From NCBI GenBank assembly GCA_046484225.1, contig JAWOBO010000089.1:1-57368 (forward strand): a DNA stretch of 57,368 nucleotides, in the 5' to 3' direction. Source of the DNA: Candidatus Omnitrophota bacterium. Lineage in GTDB: Bacteria; Omnitrophota; Gorgyraeia; Duberdicusellales; 4484-171. Position 1 is the first letter of the stretch, and each line of letters begins with the position of its first letter. Made by a program: the position numbers and the translations under genes. The notes under the pieces are model-generated. The model worked only from the letters and a program-made list of their open reading frames with translations, did no database searches and was not told the DNA's origin. This document shows, piece after piece, positions 53,293 to 57,368 of the stretch.

Positions 53293-53641
53293 AATATCGC
53301 CATTAGCATTAGTATTTATCATATTTATTTTTCTTTCAATATACCTTCATCAAAAAGTTCAAATTTATACAACCGCTTTTCATCTGCAAAAAAACTATAA
53401 CGATTATCAAGAACTTGTTGCCAAAAAAGATTATTTGATGCATAATTTTTCAAAAAAAGTTTCTTTATCCCGGGTAAGTGAATGGGTTTTGGCACAAAAG
53501 CTTTCCTCACCAGAAAAAGAAAGACTTCTGGTGTTTAAGCCTAACGATCGAACTGAGACTAATACAGTTTTGAAAGAATCATTTTTTGAACGTATCAGAT
53601 CTTCTGCTTCAATCACTGATGTTTTCGCAAAAGAGCGTTAA
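53285..53641 (+). CDS. ftsL: FtsL-like cell division protein
   Basis: 118 aa. Single N-terminal TM helix followed by a coiled-coil-like segment. Canonical position between rsmH and ftsI. Confidence 0.6.
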   Translation: MRKISPLALVFIIFIFLSIYLHQKVQIYTTAFHLQKNYNDYQELVAKKDYLMHNFSKKVSLSRVSEWVLAQKLSSPEKERLLVFKPNDRTETNTVLKESFFERIRSSASITDVFAKER

Positions 53642-53674
53642 GAAATAACCTGTTTCCTCTAAGAGTCTAAAATA

Positions 53675-55327
53675 GTGAATAAAAAAATTTTTTCTCGATT
53701 CAATATAGTATATTTATTATTTGTTTTTTTGTTTATAACTCTTTTTGCTAAAATCATATACCTTCAAGCCTACCGGGAAGATTTTTTCGATCAACTTGCT
53801 CAAAAACAACACTATGGTTTTTTTAAGGTCCAAAGCAAACGGGGGGAAATTGTTGATCGTAATAAAGATATTCTTGCCCGAACTATTAATTTTTATTCGG
53901 TTTTTGCTGATCCATTTCTTATTAAAGACAAAAATAATTACGCTGAAATTCTTTCTAAAAAATTAAATATTTCAAAAAAAAGATTAATAACTAAGTTAAA
54001 TAAGAAAAATCGCCGTTTTATTTGGGTAAAAAGAAAAATAGACTGGAAACAAAAAAAAGATTTGGAAGGCCTTGATTTAGCCGGAATTGGATTTATAAGA
54101 GAAAACCAGAGATTTTATCCGGAAAGACGTTTATTTTCCTCTGTTTTGGGATTTGTGGACATAGACAATAACGGCTTAGAAGGCATTGAGCTTTATTATG
54201 ATCAATATTTACGGGGTAAAAAGGGATGGGCTAAGGTTTTAAGAGATTCAACCTCACAACATTTGATTTTGACCCCTTCTTTGGTAGAATTGCAGCAAGG
54301 AGCGGATTTAATAGTTAGCCTAGATGCTAGAATTCAGTATTGGGTTAAACAATACCTAAAAGAAACAATTGAAGAATATGGGGCTAAGAAGGGCTCGGTA
54401 GTTGTTATGAATGCTGAAAATGGTGAGATATTAGCGTTAGCAAATTCTAATAGTTCTGAATCGAAAAATAAGAGAATTTATTTTCGGAAAAACAATGCAG
54501 TTACAGATATGTTTGAGCCGGGTTCGGTCTTTAAGGCTGTAACCTTAGTTGCTGCTGTTGCAGAAAAAATGTCTTTTGATAAGATTGATTGTGAGCAAGG
54601 AAAATTTAAAATTCCTGGAACTGTTTTAGGTGATTGGCGTTCTTATGGAAAACTTTCCTTCCAGGAAGTTTTTTATAAATCAAGCAATATTGGTGTTGCT
54701 AAGATAGCTACAACCGTTGGCTACAAAAAAATATATAATTATATAAAAAAAATGGGTTTTGGCCAAGATACCGGTATAGATTTTCCGGGAGAAACTCAAG
54801 GCAGGCTTATGCGGCCAAATAAATGGTCGAAAACTGCACGATATATTATTCCTATTGGCCAAGGTGTGGGGGTAAATTTGGTACAATTAGTAAGGGCTTT
54901 TGCGGTAATCGCAAACGGAGGAGATTTAGTAACTCCTCATTTAGGCAAAAAGTTATGCGCTAAAGGTTTCTGCCGGGAGGTTGAACACAATCCAAAAAAA
55001 AATGTTTTATCAGGTGAAACAGCACGCTTAGCTAAAGAAGTTTTAATTAAAGTTGTTGAACAAGGAACTGGCAAAAGAGCTAAAATTGCTGGTGAACTGA
55101 TTGGAGGAAAAACCGGAACAGCTCAAAAGTTTGACTCAAGGCTAGGTAGTTATTCTCCCAGCAAATATAGAGCTAACTTTGTTGGCTTTATTGACAGCAT
55201 AAAGAAGCCAATCGTAATTGGAGTGACTATTGATGAGCCTAAAAAGTCACATTTTGGTGGAGTGGTGGCAGCCCCTTTATTTAAAAAAATTGCTAAAAAA
55301 GTTATCAATTATAAATTGTTTGAATAA
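53675..55327 (+). CDS. ftsI: peptidoglycan D,D-transpeptidase FtsI (class B PBP)
   Basis: N-terminal TM helix. SVFK (SxxK), SSN and KTGTA motifs. GTG start. Confidence 0.85.
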   Translation: MNKKIFSRFNIVYLLFVFLFITLFAKIIYLQAYREDFFDQLAQKQHYGFFKVQSKRGEIVDRNKDILARTINFYSVFADPFLIKDKNNYAEILSKKLNISKKRLITKLNKKNRRFIWVKRKIDWKQKKDLEGLDLAGIGFIRENQRFYPERRLFSSVLGFVDIDNNGLEGIELYYDQYLRGKKGWAKVLRDSTSQHLILTPSLVELQQGADLIVSLDARIQYWVKQYLKETIEEYGAKKGSVVVMNAENGEILALANSNSSESKNKRIYFRKNNAVTDMFEPGSVFKAVTLVAAVAEKMSFDKIDCEQGKFKIPGTVLGDWRSYGKLSFQEVFYKSSNIGVAKIATTVGYKKIYNYIKKMGFGQDTGIDFPGETQGRLMRPNKWSKTARYIIPIGQGVGVNLVQLVRAFAVIANGGDLVTPHLGKKLCAKGFCREVEHNPKKNVLSGETARLAKEVLIKVVEQGTGKRAKIAGELIGGKTGTAQKFDSRLGSYSPSKYRANFVGFIDSIKKPIVIGVTIDEPKKSHFGGVVAAPLFKKIAKKVINYKLFE

Positions 55328-55328
55328 G

Positions 55329-56774
55329 ATGAAAGTAAAAGATTTTTTACAATCAGTTAAAGATCCTCAAATTAGAAATTTAGAGGTAACAGATATTGCT
55401 GATGATTCTAGATCGGTCACAAAGGATAGTATTTTTTTTGTAGTTGAGAAGCCAAATTTTGATATATTTTCTGTGTTAAAAGAAATCGAAAAAAAAGTAA
55501 AAGTCTATGTTGCTGACCGACAAAATAAATCGCGGATTAAAAAAATAGGCATAAATAAGCCGGTTATTTATTTAAATGGAATAGAGGACTATTTTTATCG
55601 AGCAGTTAAAAAATTTTACCGGCCAAAATCTAATCTTAAAATAATTGGGATTACTGGGACTAACGGAAAAACTTCCACCGCTCATTTTTTATATCAACTG
55701 CTTAAGAAAATGAGAAAAAAAACAGCTTTTTTTGGAACAATTGGCTATTTTATTGGTTCATCTAAATATAAAATAGCTCATACTACTGCTGATTTTCTCA
55801 CACTTTATAAAATGATTAAAAGAGCCAGCCAAAAAAAGGTCAATTATTTAATTATGGAAGTTTCTTCCCATAGTATAGCTCAAAAAAGAATAAAAGGGCT
55901 GAAATTTACAAGATGCGTATTTACTAATCTAAGCCGGGATCATCTTGATTATCACCAGACGATGAACTCCTATTTTAAGATAAAGGAGAATTTTTTTCTT
56001 CAAAATAGCTGTTGTTCAATTATTAACAATGATTGTCCTTATGGGAAAAAAATACTATCTAAGGTAGATAAAAAAATTTCTTATGGAATAAAAAATAATT
56101 CTGACTATCAAGCAAAAAATATAAGGCTTTCTAAAGATAGCACAAATTTTGATTTAGCATGGAATGATCAACTTTTTTTCGTATCAACAAAATTACCCGG
56201 ATACCATAATATTTTAAATGTTTTAGCTGTTATAGCTTCAGCTCATTCTTTAAAACTTCCTTTATCTGAGGTATTAAAAATAGTTCCATTTTTAAAAAGA
56301 GCTAAGGGTCGGTTCCAAGAAATAGCTCAAAATATATTCATAGATTATGCTCATACCCCGGAAGGACTTCAACACATTCTTTCTTCTTTGCAAAACATAG
56401 GCTATAAGCAAATTATATCTGTTTTTGGATGTGGCGGGCAGCGAGATAAAGGAAAAAGAAAAATTATGGGAAGAATATCTTCTCAATTAGCTGATTTTAC
56501 TATTATTACTTCAGATAATTCTAGAAAAGAAGACTCGCTAGATATTTGCAAGCAAATTAAAAAAGGGTGCCTAAATGATAGGTTCGAACTTATTGTGGAT
56601 CGAAAAAAAGCAATAAAGAGAGCAATATTATTATATCAGAAGAAAAAAGAAGCTGGTGAAAAGGCATGTATTTTGGTGGCTGGTAAAGGCCATGAGGATT
56701 CTCAAATACTAAAAAATAAAAAAATCCCTTTTAACGATTCAAAAATAGTGAAATCTATTTTAAAAAATATCTAA
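55329..56774 (+). CDS. murE: UDP-N-acetylmuramoyl-tripeptide synthetase
   Basis: GITGTNGKTST P-loop and DNSR motif. Start moved to ATG 55329 (MKVKDFL), 1 nt after the ftsI stop. The ORF-track start at 55230 overlaps ftsI. Confidence 0.9.
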   Translation: MKVKDFLQSVKDPQIRNLEVTDIADDSRSVTKDSIFFVVEKPNFDIFSVLKEIEKKVKVYVADRQNKSRIKKIGINKPVIYLNGIEDYFYRAVKKFYRPKSNLKIIGITGTNGKTSTAHFLYQLLKKMRKKTAFFGTIGYFIGSSKYKIAHTTADFLTLYKMIKRASQKKVNYLIMEVSSHSIAQKRIKGLKFTRCVFTNLSRDHLDYHQTMNSYFKIKENFFLQNSCCSIINNDCPYGKKILSKVDKKISYGIKNNSDYQAKNIRLSKDSTNFDLAWNDQLFFVSTKLPGYHNILNVLAVIASAHSLKLPLSEVLKIVPFLKRAKGRFQEIAQNIFIDYAHTPEGLQHILSSLQNIGYKQIISVFGCGGQRDKGKRKIMGRISSQLADFTIITSDNSRKEDSLDICKQIKKGCLNDRFELIVDRKKAIKRAILLYQKKKEAGEKACILVAGKGHEDSQILKNKKIPFNDSKIVKSILKNI

Positions 56775-56780
56775 GCTAAT

Positions 56781-57368
56781 ATGAATATTAGTAATTTTAA
56801 AATTATTGAAAAGATCACAGATCCCTATAAAATTTATAATCTTTATTATTTTAGGCCGGTTAAAAGATTTTGTTTGGATTCGCGTTCTGTCAAAAAAGGG
56901 GATGCTTTCATCGCTTTAGCAGGTAAGCATAAAGATGGTCATAATTTTATTAAAGAGGCAGTTAAAAAAGGGGCGGTTTTGGTAATTGCTGAAAAATATA
57001 TAAAAACTAAGCCAAAGGTTCCCCAGTTTATTGTCCAAAATGCAACTTGTGTTCTTGAAAAGATAATTTCGTTTTTGAGAAAAATGCATAAAAAGGCAAC
57101 TGTTTTTGCTGTGACTGGTTCTTTGGGGAAAACTACTACCAAAGAGATGCTTAGTTTTGCTCTCAAGCCCTATAAAGCTATTTTAAAAAGCAGCGCTACC
57201 GAAAACAATATTTTGGGGGTAGCAAAAACTATTTTTTCTTATGATAATCAAGATTTAATTATTTTCGAGCTGGGAACGAATCAAGCCGGAGAGATTAAGA
57301 GTCTTGCTCGGGCGGTTCAGCCTAACGTGGGAGTTGTTACTTGTATAAAGCCGGCTCACTTAGCGGGT
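56781..57368 (+). CDS. murF: UDP-N-acetylmuramoyl-tripeptide--D-alanyl-D-alanine ligase (3' partial, runs off the window)
   Basis: My own translation from ATG 56781: MNISNFKII...LDSRSVKKGDAFIALAGKHKDGHNFIKEAVKKGA...AVTGSLGKTTTKEML. Open to the end of the window. Not in the ORF track because there is no stop. Confidence 0.85.
   Translation, partial: MNISNFKIIEKITDPYKIYNLYYFRPVKRFCLDSRSVKKGDAFIALAGKHKDGHNFIKEAVKKGAVLVIAEKYIKTKPKVPQFIVQNATCVLEKIISFLRKMHKKATVFAVTGSLGKTTTKEMLSFALKPYKAILKSSATENNILGVAKTIFSYDNQDLIIFELGTNQAGEIKSLARAVQPNVGVVTCIKPAHLAG

Noticed and set aside
971-57166. All minus-strand ORFs in the track (60-115 aa, e.g. 971-1180, 6240-6536, 35508-35855, 41927-42262, 56939-57166).
   Set aside because: Each lies entirely inside a well-supported + strand gene, has no SD, and has a low-complexity or Ser/Leu/Phe-rich translation typical of antisense frames of AT-rich genes. 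None resembles a known family.

Overview
AT-rich (roughly one-third G+C by eye, not computed), very gene-dense bacterial chromosome segment. It holds about 60 protein genes, all on the + strand, mostly separated by fewer than 40 nt or overlapping.

The content is core housekeeping, in this order:
- IMPDH-like gene and guaA, dnaE, HU, hisS-aspS
- phoH / 7TM-HD / ybeY / recO, queF, apbE, panB
- a purine block: purB, purL (with fused PurS-like domains), purQ, purF-like, purM, purD, purE
- tsaC::LMW-phosphatase fusion, rpiB, glyA, dCMP deaminase, nrdR
- cca, Nudix, recG-rsmD-coaD
- yceD-rpmF-plsX-fabH-fabD-fabG-acpP-fabF, running straight into leuC-leuD-leuB-asd
- truA, a Xer recombinase, a second tRNA-nucleotidyltransferase paralog, rbfA-nrnA-truB-ribF
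- the start of the dcw cluster: mraZ, a small ORF, rsmH, ftsL, ftsI, murE, murF (3' partial)

I recognise no rRNA, tRNA, CRISPR, transposase or phage genes. I see no multi-gene accessory system (defence, secretion, toxin) here.

The most unusual signals are non-coding:
1. An 83-nt GC-rich heptad-repeat palindromic element in two gapless copies (3084-3166 and 41877-41959). Each abuts the ATG of a gene that lacks a Shine-Dalgarno. One copy is fused to the end of leuC and carries a mini-ORF that overlaps the leuD start.
2. Two further small hairpin families.
3. A recurrent TTAATTAAC-type palindrome at gene junctions.
4. Two TGGTATAAT-N8-ATG arrangements that suggest leaderless mRNAs.
5. An MraZ-box-like operator.

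Several proteins also have atypical architecture:
- AspRS without the bacterial insertion domain
- a PurF-like protein with Ser in place of the N-terminal catalytic Cys
- a PurS-PurS-PurL fusion
- a TsaC-phosphatase fusion
- a CBS-less IMPDH-like protein

Everything rests on reading the sequence and on remembered family motifs. No searches were run.
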